NCBI GenBank assembly: GCA_965204345.1 | Contig: OZ241981.1 | Coordinates: forward strand, 224,001-288,000 | From: Nitrosopumilus sp. | GTDB lineage: Archaea > Thermoproteota > Nitrososphaeria > Nitrososphaerales > Nitrosopumilaceae | Direction: 5' to 3' | DNA: 64,000 bases | In this document: one piece after another, positions 21,903 to 32,110 of the stretch | Position numbering within the stretch: the stretch's first letter is position 1 | How the letters are laid out: each line of letters begins with the position of its first letter | The notes under the pieces: model-generated | What the model was told of the DNA's origin: nothing | The model's input: only the letters and a program-made list of their open reading frames with translations | Database searches by the model: none | Position numbers and translations under genes: made by a program

Positions 21903-22499
21903 CTGTCGATCAATCCCTCTTGATTGCCATCATACTGCTCTGCTAATTATATGATCCTTTATTTTTCCAGAGTTCAAAGAATTCACGTCTTTTCCCAGAT
22001 AACCCATGTTAAAATCCTTTAAGTTATTCCCGTCAAAATCAATTCTGCATAATCATTTGATTTTCTAATGGTTGGAAAACCCTTTTTGATTTCTGGGATT
22101 AGATTACTCCTTGAAACCATGTATTTTGTGATCAAAAACTTGAATATCTGACGCTGGTTTGGATTCAAAGCAAAGGAGCATAGCACAAAGGAGAAGGCAG
22201 TATCAGCTTGGCCGAATCTGAAATTAAGAAAATTTGGTTGTTATGCCTAGGGGTTTTACATAAGATGCAGGGATGATGGTTATCTGCATCAGAGCGTATC
22301 ACTGCCTGAACAGTCTGAAATACATTGCAAAAGTGATTTGTAAATAGTGACAAATAAGATCCTGTCAAGAAAAGACGGATATCCTGAGAATGTCCAAATG
22401 CCGCTGATCTGCTTATTTTTAGATCAAATTTGGCGTGTGATTCCATCAATATGAAAAAGACAAACTTTAATTCCTCAACTAGATTAATTTTTTCTAAGT

Positions 22500-22576
22500 G
22501 CCGAGGTAGCTCAGCCTGGGAGAGCACTCGGCTGAAGACCGGGCTGTCGCTTGTTCAAATCATGCCCTCGGCACCA
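22500..22576 (+). tRNA. tRNA-Phe(GAA) with encoded CCA
   Basis: GCCGAGG/CCTCGGC acceptor stem, ctcgg-CT GAA GA-ccggg anticodon arm, TTCAAAT loop; one T.T mismatch in the T-stem. Confidence 0.95.
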
Positions 22577-22727
22577 CCATTATACAATATTTTTTGATCG
22601 TTGAGACAAACAAAAAGAAATTATTTTGGTTTTGGGCTGTCTATAAAATATACATGATGAATTTCATGGTAAAAACATATTCTGCATAATCTTTAAAAGC
22701 TATCCCACCTCTTGATTTTCGACATTA

Positions 22728-23099
22728 ATGGCTGAAAAAAAGACAGTAAAGAAAGATGCAAAAAAAGATGCAAAAAAAGCACCTGCAAAGACCAGTAAAT
22801 CCAAGGCAAAAACTGCCAAATCCAAGGCAAAGACCAAAAAAGTACCTGCAAAGACCACAAAAGCACCTGCAAAGACCACAAAAGCACCTGCAAAGACCAG
22901 TAAATCCAAGGCAAAGACCAAAAAAACAAAGGCAAAAACTGCCAAATCCAAGGCAAAGACCAAAAAAGCAAAGGATGAGTCAATTGGAGACATGGGCATA
23001 GTCATAGTTGATGATGATATTGAGATTGACCAGGAAAAAGTCAACGAGGAAAGGCGGGCATATCTTGAGGAATCCCGCTCTCAAGAGGCATTTGATTAG
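22728..23099 (+). CDS. Lys/Ala/Thr-rich histone H1-like protein with acidic C-terminus
   Basis: Tandem KAPAKT(T/S) and KSKAKT repeats followed by an acidic tail. Confidence 0.75.
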   Translation: MAEKKTVKKDAKKDAKKAPAKTSKSKAKTAKSKAKTKKVPAKTTKAPAKTTKAPAKTSKSKAKTKKTKAKTAKSKAKTKKAKDESIGDMGIVIVDDDIEIDQEKVNEERRAYLEESRSQEAFD

Positions 23100-23133
23100 G
23101 AATCTTTATCCGATCCAATGACGTATACTATCT

Positions 23134-23373
23134 ATGAGAGCACTGTGTCTAATTACGGTTAGGCCTGGAAAAGTGGATTTTGTTGTTAGTATTCTAAAGA
23201 AAAAGCGTAAAATTGTAAAACAGGTAATGATTGTTGCAGGCAGGGCAGATATCAGCGTTCTTTTACAAGGAAACATCGATGAGATCAATGGCATGGTTAT
23301 TGATTTTAAAAAAATCAAGGATATCGTAACAACTGAGACACTGATTGAAGTGGAGGTTAATTTGGGTTGGTAA
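23134..23373 (+). CDS. Lrp/AsnC ligand-binding domain protein
   Basis: VAGRADI...IVTTETLI pattern. Confidence 0.8.
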   Translation: MRALCLITVRPGKVDFVVSILKKKRKIVKQVMIVAGRADISVLLQGNIDEINGMVIDFKKIKDIVTTETLIEVEVNLGW

Positions 23374-23585
23374 GGGCAATAATCTTGGTAAAATCCCCTA
23401 AAAAATTGATTGCCGCAAGACTGAGAAAAATTACAAACGTGGCAGATTCTTTTCCCACCAGTGGGCAGTTTGATGCAGTTGCAATAATTGATGTGGAAGA
23501 ATTATCACAAATAAAAGATGTGGCAAATCAGATTCAGAAAATCATAGGAGTGGACAGGACCGAGACCATGGTTGAAGTACAATAA
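23367..23585 (+). CDS. Lrp/AsnC ligand-binding domain protein
   Basis: TSGQFDAV...GVDRTETMV. Confidence 0.8.
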   Translation: MVRAIILVKSPKKLIAARLRKITNVADSFPTSGQFDAVAIIDVEELSQIKDVANQIQKIIGVDRTETMVEVQ

Positions 23586-23624
23586 CAATTAATTTAAAGA
23601 AGAACTTCTCTGAGTATAATTAAC

Positions 23625-24038
23625 GTGAACATCAAAAAAGTAGGCAACGTAATTTTGGCTGTCAAGGACATAGACAAATCCCTGCAATTTTACCACGAAA
23701 TCATAGGCCTTCCAATCAAGAGTCAGAGAAGGTCATGGGTGGATCTGGGCACGTCTGGAGCTTTATTGAGTTTGCATCCCGCATCACTAACAGCACAGCA
23801 CATTGGAAGTTCTATTGAAAACGGAATAACCATCGGCTTTCTTGTGGGGGATGTAAAATCAGCAGTTGATGAATTAAAATCCAAAGGCGTTACAATTCAT
23901 CGAGACATTGTCGAGAAGGATGCAGGTAAAAATGCGGTAATTTTAGATCCAGACGATTATCTCATATCTTTGTTTGAGCCAAGCTTTGATGACAAGGATC
24001 AACAAACAGGCGGATACCAGGGATTTACCCCAGCTTAG
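23625..24038 (+). CDS. VOC/glyoxalase family protein
   Basis: LAVKDIDKSLQFY, FLVGDV, LDPDDYLISL. Confidence 0.88.
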   Translation: MNIKKVGNVILAVKDIDKSLQFYHEIIGLPIKSQRRSWVDLGTSGALLSLHPASLTAQHIGSSIENGITIGFLVGDVKSAVDELKSKGVTIHRDIVEKDAGKNAVILDPDDYLISLFEPSFDDKDQQTGGYQGFTPA

Positions 24039-24421
24039 ATTGATTTTTTGATTAGAGATATTATTTTCTCTAAATTCTTTTCTTTTCTGTTTATTGAGAC
24101 GTAATATGTCATGTTATTTTTGTGTAAGATTACAATTGAAACCTTTTGATGCTGTAAAACAACATGTTCGAGTTTTCCAACAGTGCTGCCAGTATCTTTT
24201 CTCAGGGACATTAGAGTTGAAACTATAAAAAATTCATTTTTTACTTGTTCGGATTTTAAAAGGGGCTTGAGATTGGGTCTTACTATTCCGGTCAAGGTTC
24301 TGCCATAGGCATTGATAATTCCCGCATATCTTATGCTGTCAGATATTTCCATAATTTTTTGACATTGTTTTTTGTGTTTTGTTATAATGCCTCTCCATTT
24401 GTCTGCAGGAGTTTTTGTCAT
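24035..24421 (-). CDS. Roadblock/profilin-like small protein
   Basis: IRYAGIINAYG pattern; 128 aa. Confidence 0.6.
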   Translation of the reverse strand: MTKTPADKWRGIITKHKKQCQKIMEISDSIRYAGIINAYGRTLTGIVRPNLKPLLKSEQVKNEFFIVSTLMSLRKDTGSTVGKLEHVVLQHQKVSIVILHKNNMTYYVSINRKEKNLEKIISLIKKSI

Positions 24422-24459
24422 ATAGTAAAACTGATTTTTGAAAGTAATAAGGATTCTGA

Positions 24460-24831
24460 CTATGCTGAACCGGGCTTTTTCTCTAGTTTTTTCTTGAGTT
24501 CCATGTTCTCCTTTAGTAATTTTTCATTTTCAGTCCGAAGTGCAGACACTGAGGTCTGTCGTGTGTACAGCGGGTGTCCCGGAGGAATAATTCCAGAACT
24601 CATCGTAAGCAGACCCGCGGCATACTGCTGATACATGTGCTGGAATCCCTGAAGTTTTTGATTAATCGTATCAGCATTACGTAAGAATTGTTCCTTCATG
24701 GGATTTTCATGGACCTTAAACATTGGGTTGGATAACCTTGGTGGCAGTCGTGGAAATTGAAATGCCATGTGTGGGATGCCAGGATTTAATCCATATAGAT
24801 CCCGCATGTGGTTATCTGTCATATTATCCAT
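24460..24831 (-). CDS. Hypothetical protein with C-terminal coiled coil
   Basis: IIPPGHPLY...LRTENEKLLKENMELKKKLE. Confidence 0.6.
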   Translation of the reverse strand: MDNMTDNHMRDLYGLNPGIPHMAFQFPRLPPRLSNPMFKVHENPMKEQFLRNADTINQKLQGFQHMYQQYAAGLLTMSSGIIPPGHPLYTRQTSVSALRTENEKLLKENMELKKKLEKKPGSA

Positions 24832-24967
24832 AATTTTCTCTAATATTTGCCATATTTGTGGCTTGCCTTAGTCATTTGATATACTGTTTAGCTAAATCTG
24901 AGGTGTTTTAGCTCAAATTGAGCTGATCGCAGATCCTTATAGATTCGTATTTTAGATCGCATATACG

Positions 24968-25114
24968 ATGGTGAAATCAAAGAAAGCCTGTCTGAGATGC
25001 AAAAAAGACATTCAGGAAAAGGATCTACACAAGATTGTAATTTATGTAGTGCAAGAAAAATTTACCGAGCATCATTATGAACACGTGGAATGTCCAGATA
25101 AATTTACAGTTTGA
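24968..25114 (+). CDS. 48-aa putative zinc-binding protein (absent from the ORF track)
   Basis: MVKSKKACLRCKK...EHVECPDKFTV: CxxC plus HxxC. Confidence 0.75.
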   Translation: MVKSKKACLRCKKDIQEKDLHKIVIYVVQEKFTEHHYEHVECPDKFTV

Positions 25115-25128
25115 TCATTGATTAAAAA

Positions 25129-25953
25129 TTATCCGTTAAATTCAAACACGCTGTATATTTCACCTGTCACTCTGGAGCGATATTTCCATTCGTCTTTTTT
25201 CCAGATTATTTCTGTAAAGTCTTTTTGAAACTTTGGGTGCAGCCGCTGATAGACGTCACTTCCAATTAAGATTTGGTTGGGTTTTGCCATGTTTTGAATT
25301 TTTGCCGCAATATTCATGGCAGGTCCCATTAAATCAACGTGAGAATGCTCGACATCAGAGCCGTATCTTACCACGATATTTTTTCCAAAATCAACGCCGA
25401 TTTTTACCATTAAATCGGGATAGTCATACTGATTCAGAATGGGGTTAATCCCCTTTTGAATTATGGATATCATGGACTTTGCACAGTTGACGGCATGATC
25501 TGCTGCAAATAATCCGTTTCCCTCTCCAATAAAATAACCAATTACAGCATCACCTACGAATTTTAAAACGTAGCCCTGGTGCCGCATAATCATAGAGGCC
25601 ATCTCCTGAGCAAATGAGCTTATAATGATTGCAATTTTTTCTTCAGGCATTTCCAAGGTCATGGTGGTTGAACCGACCAAGTCCACATAAAGGACTACCA
25701 TGTCTAGTTTTGAGAAGACGTTTGCCCGCAGAAATTTATCAGACTCGTCAATGGTTCCAGAGTATTCATAGCCCTTCTTGAGTGCGCCCCAAACACGTTT
25801 CTGTGTCTCCAAAATCATGGTTTCAGAATCTAGTGTTTGCATGGGACTTTTGCTCAATAGCATATCTACAAGATTGTTATTGTTTTGTTTTGTGCTGTCT
25901 GCCTTGTTTTCATCAGATGTGTTTTTATTGTCTGTACTAGGCATGGCACTCAC
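25129..25953 (-). CDS. Class III adenylate/guanylate cyclase
   Basis: VLYVDLVGST, LKFVGDAV, KIGVDFG, DLMGPAMNIAAKIQ. Confidence 0.92.
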   Translation of the reverse strand: MSAMPSTDNKNTSDENKADSTKQNNNNLVDMLLSKSPMQTLDSETMILETQKRVWGALKKGYEYSGTIDESDKFLRANVFSKLDMVVLYVDLVGSTTMTLEMPEEKIAIIISSFAQEMASMIMRHQGYVLKFVGDAVIGYFIGEGNGLFAADHAVNCAKSMISIIQKGINPILNQYDYPDLMVKIGVDFGKNIVVRYGSDVEHSHVDLMGPAMNIAAKIQNMAKPNQILIGSDVYQRLHPKFQKDFTEIIWKKDEWKYRSRVTGEIYSVFEFNG

Positions 25954-25954
25954 T

Positions 25955-26077
25955 TTATTCTAATGGAAAATCCACTCCGCATTTTGGGCACCTGCCACGC
26001 TTGCCCCTGTAACCAATATGATAGTATTCTGTAATATCCACCCCACAATTATCACATGTAAACTGAGATTTATTCAT
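25955..26077 (-). CDS. 40-aa zinc-ribbon protein (absent from the ORF track)
   Basis: MNKSQFTCDNCG...GRCPKCGVDFPLE; ends immediately upstream of the cyclase. Confidence 0.75.
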   Translation of the reverse strand: MNKSQFTCDNCGVDITEYYHIGYRGKRGRCPKCGVDFPLE

Positions 26078-26636
26078 GCCTAATTCTTATTGTATGCTTT
26101 GCTTTATTTTATTTGTTAAAATCAATGATTTTTACGCCTAAATTTAGCCAATTTCAATAATTACTGCTCTATAGAGTGTTACATTACATTGGCATCACTT
26201 GCATTATCCGTTGAGAATTTGCGAGTTTCTGTCTGCTGTGATTATGTGGTTTGTAAGTGAATGGTCACATTCAGAACAGACACTTTTCTGTTCCACGCAG
26301 ATTCTGACTCTCTCATAGTTTTCATACTGTCTTCTTGTTGTTAAATTTTTGCTGCCATGTCTTGGCCTTTGCTACTTGGATGGTAATTTTGGATAGGAAT
26401 AGTCTTATTCCAAACCACAAATAACCAGCTGGTCTTCTACTTTGCCGTCAGGTTACGGTGATCAGCTAATCAAAATCTGCCTGAGGCAAAACACTCATCA
26501 GTCTGTTCCTATTCCAATTGCAACAAGATAACTGATTGCTAGAATTCCCCCCCTGATGCAGTCAATCTATATGCTCCGAAAATCTATTTCAAGTGCAACA
26601 AGATGACTGATTGTCAGAAACAAGGCTGACAACCCT

Positions 26637-26843
26637 TCAAAAACAGTATATGCACCGAAAATCTATTTCAAGTGCAACAAGATAACTGATTGTCAGAATT
26701 CCCCAAACACAAGACGACCCAATTGCCAGTTTGAAGCTTTTTCTGACAACATCTTTGTCATCATATGCAAAAGAATTTGAAATCATTGCATGACCTACAA
26801 ATCCAAATAGTATTGGTAAAAAATACCAAAGAAAATTAGTCAT
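26637..26843 (-). CDS. Small membrane protein (copy 1)
   Basis: Two hydrophobic segments; near-identical to 29508-29705. Confidence 0.65.
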   Translation of the reverse strand: MTNFLWYFLPILFGFVGHAMISNSFAYDDKDVVRKSFKLAIGSSCVWGILTISYLVALEIDFRCIYCF

Positions 26844-26877
26844 TATTCATCAAAAAAAGAAAAAAATTTCGGATTGA

Positions 26878-27824
26878 TTACCACTGTGTAGGTTTGCCTA
26901 TTTCGTCAGCGTGCCAAACACCTGTGTACCAAATCCACCACCATACAGGAGGATAATAATCTAGAAATGAAGGATTTGGTTCTTTAATTTGCTTGTTAAA
27001 ATCCCATCTGCCATCATTATCTAAAACAATCTGATCTCTAAATGCTCTGAAATTACAATTGTATGCACTGATTTCTTTTCCATAATCTAGAGAGTTGGAG
27101 TTAAACCATTCAGAAGGACTTGATGCATATTCTGGAACCCTCACATATCCCCAATTTTCTACTATAGATATGGCAGCGCTTTTACTGCTAATTGAGTAGA
27201 TTTCTTTTCCATAATCTAGAGAGTTGGAGTTAAACCATTCAGAAGGACTTGATGCATATTCTGGAACCCTCACATATCCCCAATTTTCTACTATAGATAT
27301 GGCAGCGCTTTTACTGCTAATTGAGTAGATTTCTTTTCGGATATATTCGGGATGTGGGTTATCAAAAGAACCGCCACAAACATCAGTCCATGCAAATGCC
27401 TCAGGAAGAATCCAATCAGATATGTAATCTGTATATTTGATCTTATTCTTACTTTCTTTGATTTGCTTCTTTAATTCAGAGAATTTATTTTCTGTTTCTG
27501 AATCAAAAGAATGTTTTATGTTTGGGTTTTTCTTTACCTTGTCTACGTAATCATTTTGCATTTTAACAAAATCCTTGATGATTTTGATTTCGTGATCAGA
27601 CATTGTTGTCTTTGCAGATTTTTTATCAAAACTTAAAACATACGAGTTTTCGGTAATATAATTATCTGCTTTTCGCATGGCGTTTTTTTATGTTCTCAGG
27701 TGTGTATTTTTCATCGTTTGCCTGCTTTGCTTCTGCAACTTCCATACCGCTAAATGGCAATATCATTGCGGCAATCAGGGATGCAAACAGTATTGTTTTT
27801 GTTTTTTTTTGTGATGTTTTTCAT
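26878..27824 (-). pseudogene. Secreted protein copy 1, with two homopolymer frameshifts and a 129-bp in-frame internal duplication
   Basis: Versus intact 29740-30555: one extra T near 27685 and near 27805; 43-aa block repeated. Confidence 0.85.
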
Positions 27825-28339
27825 GTTATTACCAGCCCCTATGTGTCTTCATTATTTAAATATTGATATTGATTTGCGGTATGCCTTTTTTTATATGACG
27901 TTTTAATTTTTTGCAGTATAGTGAAATCTCACTCAGCAAAGATAGGCTGCCTTTTACAGATGCAGTAAATGTGGTATACCTGCATTTCCTTGGACACTTA
28001 AGAATACGTGACATAGAGTTTTCACTGTTAAATTTACGTGATCTAAATTTTCTCCAAAATTATCAAAAATTCCCAAAATTCACATCCAGCAAAGGTGTTA
28101 AATTTACGTGACATAGTTTTGCCTCAAAATCTAGCTCAGATACAGGTGTTAAATTTACGTGACATAGTTTTGAAGTTTGTAAATATACGTTGAATCTATC
28201 ATAATTGTCGCTTTATTGGACAACGTATGATAAATTTCATTTCTTGACAGCAATTAAGATGTTATATTAAAGAGAACTTTGGGTGTTGGCCTGTATATGA
28301 TCTAAACCGACTGGGTCACAAATGCTTGATCTTTTGTCA

Positions 28340-28720
28340 AACAAACATCTCAACTAGTTCCAACAGCCCCTAGACATGAAATATCAAACAATGTGCTTCA
28401 CTCTGACAACTGTGACTCCATATGTACAATGGAGATTGCTGTTCCACTTTACCTTACACAATACAGCCCTACAATTTTGTCATTTTTGCTTTTTATGGAT
28501 TCCAGTCTTGATCGAGATGAATGCCTCTAGGTAGAACTGTATAATGGAAATTCATGGAATATAATATACCACTGGTCAGATAATCTTGGCGGTGATCACC
28601 ATCCAGACAATCCGACTATCTCACATTTGACAGGTTGGTCGGCTCTGGACTAGATTCTGGCGAATATCTCAAAGTCGAGCTGTATGATGGCAGCCCATGG
28701 AATACAATATTTGACTGGTA
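28340..28720 (+). pseudogene. Remnant of an extracellular beta-rich domain gene
   Basis: Fragments NNVLHSDNCDSICT and YLTFDRLVGSGLDSGEYLKVELYDG resemble NKVLSSDHCNGLCI...ISFDRFVD...LYVQYSINDG in the 1681-aa protein. Confidence 0.6.
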
Positions 28721-29507
28721 GGCATCTGCAAACTAGTTGCTACCATCGTCCCTTACCGAACAGTTTTTGCACTCATTCTTGGAAAAGAGAGGTCAAAAAC
28801 CTATTTTAAAAAAGTTAGAATTATAATTTTTAGGACTTTGTGATCTTATTTCTAAGTCACTTGGATCTTAACTAATTCTTTCAAAATAGACTAATTCTAA
28901 TTGACAACTATCAAACTTGGGATAATCATCAATCATATTGTTTCATGTGTTTCCTGACCACCAAATTCAATACTATCAATAGATGAAAAACCAAATGTTA
29001 CAGTATTGCCTTCAACATCCACACTCTTAAAACATCATAATCCAAACCATATGAACCTGAATTGATACTTGATACACAATAAACAATGGCATTTCTGTAA
29101 GAAAATAATTACTGTTCAATGGATAGCGTTCCATCACATTGACATGACTTGTATTTTCCGTGAACAATTTGTGAGTTTCTGTCTGCGGTGACTGTGGTTT
29201 GTAAGTAAATGCTCGCATCTAAAACAAGCACTTTTCTGTTCCACGCAGATTCCAACTCTCATAGTTTCCATATTATCTCCTTTTGTGAAATTTTTGTTGC
29301 CATGTATTGGACTTTGCTACTTGGATGGTAATTTGGGATAATAGTCTTATTCCAAACCACAAATAACCAGATGGTCTTCTACTTTGCCGTCAGGTTACGG
29401 TGATCAGCTAATCAAAATCTACCTGAAGCAAAACACTCATCAAACTGTTCCTATTCCAATTGCAACAAGATAACTGATTGCTAGAATTCCCCCCTGATGC
29501 AGTCAAT

Positions 29508-29705
29508 CTATATGCTCCGAAAATCTATTTCAAGTGCAACAAGATGACTGATTGTCAGAATTCCCCAAACACAAGACGACCCAATTGCCAGTTTGAAGCT
29601 TTTTCTGACAACATCTTTGTCATCATATGCAAAAGAATTTGAAATCATTGCATGGCCTACAAATCCAAATAGTATTGGTAAAAAATACCAAAGAAAGTTA
29701 GTCAT
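29508..29705 (-). CDS. Small membrane protein (copy 2)
   Basis: Paralog of 26637-26843. Confidence 0.65.
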   Translation of the reverse strand: MTNFLWYFLPILFGFVGHAMISNSFAYDDKDVVRKSFKLAIGSSCVWGILTISHLVALEIDFRSI

Positions 29706-29739
29706 TATTCATCAAAAAAAGAAAAAAATTTTGAATTGA

Positions 29740-30555
29740 TTACCACTGTGTAGGTTCGCCTATTTCGGCATCGTGCCAAACACCTGTGTACCAAATCCAC
29801 CACCATACAGGAGAATAATAATCTAGAAATGAAGGATTTGGTTCTTTAATTTGCTTGTTAAAATCCCATCTGCCATCATTATCTAAAACAATCTGATCTC
29901 TAAATGCTCCGAAATTACAATTGTATGCACTGATTTCTTTTCCATAATCTAGAGAGTTGGAGTTAAACCATTCAGAAGGACTTGATGCATATTCTGGAAC
30001 CCTCACATATCCCCAATTTTCTACTATAGATATGGCAGCGCTTTTACTGCTAATTGAGTAGATTTCTTTTCGGATATATTCGGGATGTGGGTTATCAAAA
30101 GAACCGCCACAAACATCAGTCCATGCAAATGCCTCAGGAAGAATCCAATCAGATATGTAATCTGTATATTTGATCTTATTCTTACTTTCTTTGATTTGCT
30201 TCTTTAATTCAGAGAATTTATTTTCTGTTTCTGAATCAAAAGAATGTTTTATGTTTGGGTTTTTCTTTACCTTGTCTACGTAATCATTTTGCATTTTAAC
30301 AAAATCCTTGATGATTTTGATTTCGTGATCAGACATTGTTGTCTTTGCAGATTTTTTATCAAAACTCAAAACATACGAGTTTTCGGTAATATAATTATCT
30401 GCTTTTCGCATGGCGTTTTTTATGTTCTCAGGCGTGTATTTTTCATCGTTTGCCTGCTTTGCTTTTGCAACTTCCATACCGCTAAATGGCAATATCATTG
30501 CGGCAATCAGGGATGCAAACAGTATTGTTTTTGTTTTGTTTGTGATGTTTTTCAT
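29740..30555 (-). CDS. Secreted protein with KTKTILFASLIAAMILPFS signal peptide and Trp-rich C-terminus
   Basis: Intact 271-aa ORF with N-terminal signal peptide. Confidence 0.8.
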   Translation of the reverse strand: MKNITNKTKTILFASLIAAMILPFSGMEVAKAKQANDEKYTPENIKNAMRKADNYITENSYVLSFDKKSAKTTMSDHEIKIIKDFVKMQNDYVDKVKKNPNIKHSFDSETENKFSELKKQIKESKNKIKYTDYISDWILPEAFAWTDVCGGSFDNPHPEYIRKEIYSISSKSAAISIVENWGYVRVPEYASSPSEWFNSNSLDYGKEISAYNCNFGAFRDQIVLDNDGRWDFNKQIKEPNPSFLDYYSPVWWWIWYTGVWHDAEIGEPTQW

Positions 30556-30883
30556 GTTATTACCAGCCCCTATATGTCTTCATTATTTAAATATTGATAT
30601 TGATTTGCGGTATGCCTTTTTTTATATGACGTTTTAATTTTTTGCAGTATAGTGGAATCTCACTCAGCAAAGATAGGCTGCCTTTTGCATTACTGTAAAT
30701 GTAGTATATCTGAATTTCTTTGGCATGTACGGCATATGCGAAAATCATTTATCTGTATTTTTTGTCCATAAGACCAAAAAAAGTCCGCGATGAGCCAAGT
30801 TCAAAATGATCTGGCTTGGCCTGCAAGGGATGTTCTTGAGGGTTTCCAAGATCCCAATGCGGCATATTTTTATATATTAACCT

Positions 30884-31729
30884 GTGTCACTTTGTGGCAT
30901 GTCTTTGAAGGATGTGCCATCCCATGGAAATCTGGCATCATACCGCACATATACGGGTCCTGTTGCCAGAGAACTCTACGGCTATGCAGGCATTCGCAGA
31001 TCAAAGCACCAAAAGAACATCTGCAGTTTGCTGCACATACTGTTCATGCACGGCAAGTGCACCACATGGGAGATGGCACAGACGCACATGCGCGGCGTTC
31101 CCGCAATAAGAGAACAGGAAAAATCATACAGGCGTCTGCTGGTGGGCAGAACAGACAGGAGCAAACGCAGCTCCGGCCTGATGGAGACTGGGCTGGTGGT
31201 ACGCACCAAGTACACAAGAGAGTACGCCGATTCCGCACCGCATCCTAAAAAAGGCAGGCCCTACTACGAGTACCGGCTTTCCCTTCACGGCATACTCTAT
31301 TGCATAGAGGCACTGGAACCAGACAATGCCGAGATAGATGTCATGGCCATACAGTATGCCGGATTGCTTCCGATGGTGTTTGGAAGGTGGAGACAGATAA
31401 GGTCGGTGCTGGGTGCTGACACCTACGGCCTGCGCATACTTGCCAGCAGTATCTTCCTTGATGGCACGGACACATCGCCGCTCTACGAGCTAATGTCATA
31501 TATCCACACAAAGTATCAGAAAAACTTTGAGTCCATATCAGAAGAGGATCTTGCAGAGCAGATATCGTACTGGTTTTACACGCATCTGCTGCACACAAAC
31601 CCAGGCAAGCTCAAAAAGATTATGCGACGCGATGCGCAGCTTGGATCATGGTATAACAATTTTGTCGGGGAGGCGCGGCAATACTATTTGCAAAGAGCCC
31701 AACATATCAGAAACGTCGACATACTGTGA
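30884..31729 (+). CDS. Putative winged-helix transcription regulator
   Basis: HGKCTTWEMA helix, GLMETGLVV...YEYRLSLHG wing pattern; beside a two-component pair; higher GC. Confidence 0.55.
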   Translation: MSLCGMSLKDVPSHGNLASYRTYTGPVARELYGYAGIRRSKHQKNICSLLHILFMHGKCTTWEMAQTHMRGVPAIREQEKSYRRLLVGRTDRSKRSSGLMETGLVVRTKYTREYADSAPHPKKGRPYYEYRLSLHGILYCIEALEPDNAEIDVMAIQYAGLLPMVFGRWRQIRSVLGADTYGLRILASSIFLDGTDTSPLYELMSYIHTKYQKNFESISEEDLAEQISYWFYTHLLHTNPGKLKKIMRRDAQLGSWYNNFVGEARQYYLQRAQHIRNVDIL

Positions 31730-31741
31730 GGAGAGGAAGAA

Positions 31742-32110
31742 CTACTTTGCATACTCCCTTATCATCCTCCGTATGACGGCAGGCTCTGTGGGTTTTTTAA
31801 TCCTGACCACCTTGTGTCTTGACCTTATCTCCTCGTACAGTGTGTCGTCCATATCGTAGCTTGAGGTAAATACGACTCTGAGATCTCTGTCACGCTTTCT
31901 TATCTGTATGAATGCCTTGTACCCATCGATGTCTGGCATCCGTATGTCCATAAATACCAAGTCCGGTTTGATCTGAGGGTATAGAGATATGGCCTCGCGT
32001 CCGCTGGCAGCAGTGATTACGTGATGCTTGTCCCTGAACAGAATAAGATGCAACGTATCAAGAAAGGAGCGGTCATCATCGACTATCAGTATCCTCTTGC
32101 GTAGAGCCAT
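31742..32110 (-). CDS. Stand-alone response regulator receiver
   Basis: ILIVDDD, DLVFMDIRMPDIDG, FTSS, KKP. Confidence 0.92.
   Translation of the reverse strand: MALRKRILIVDDDRSFLDTLHLILFRDKHHVITAASGREAISLYPQIKPDLVFMDIRMPDIDGYKAFIQIRKRDRDLRVVFTSSYDMDDTLYEEIRSRHKVVRIKKPTEPAVIRRMIREYAK

Larger units (their letters stand above)
26190..30720. repeat. ~1.6-1.8-kb direct segmental duplication (about 26190-27990 and 29140-30720)
   Basis: Near-identical secreted-protein gene, small membrane gene and flanks in both copies. Confidence 0.95.

Noticed and set aside
22500-22576. tRNA-Phe as attachment site for the tyrosine recombinase
   Set aside because: No duplicated tRNA 3' end seen in the window, and the recombinase sits inside the hsd inverted repeats
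22693-23044. Hydrophobic or Trp-rich antisense and alternate-frame ORFs
   Set aside because: Shadows of the Lys/Ala repeat gene
26520-26700. Three ~27-bp repeats spaced ~75 bp apart, resembling a mini CRISPR array
   Set aside because: The spacers share long identical stretches and the repeat is coding sequence from the membrane gene's 3' end; local duplication
27995-28172. Repeated GTTAAATTTACGTGA units as a CRISPR array or origin boxes
   Set aside because: Irregular spacing, only two exact copies, no cas or orc1 gene nearby; better explained as transposon-end relics
26878-30555. Diversity-generating retroelement template/variable repeat pair
   Set aside because: No reverse transcriptase; the duplication covers whole genes and differences are not clearly adenine-specific
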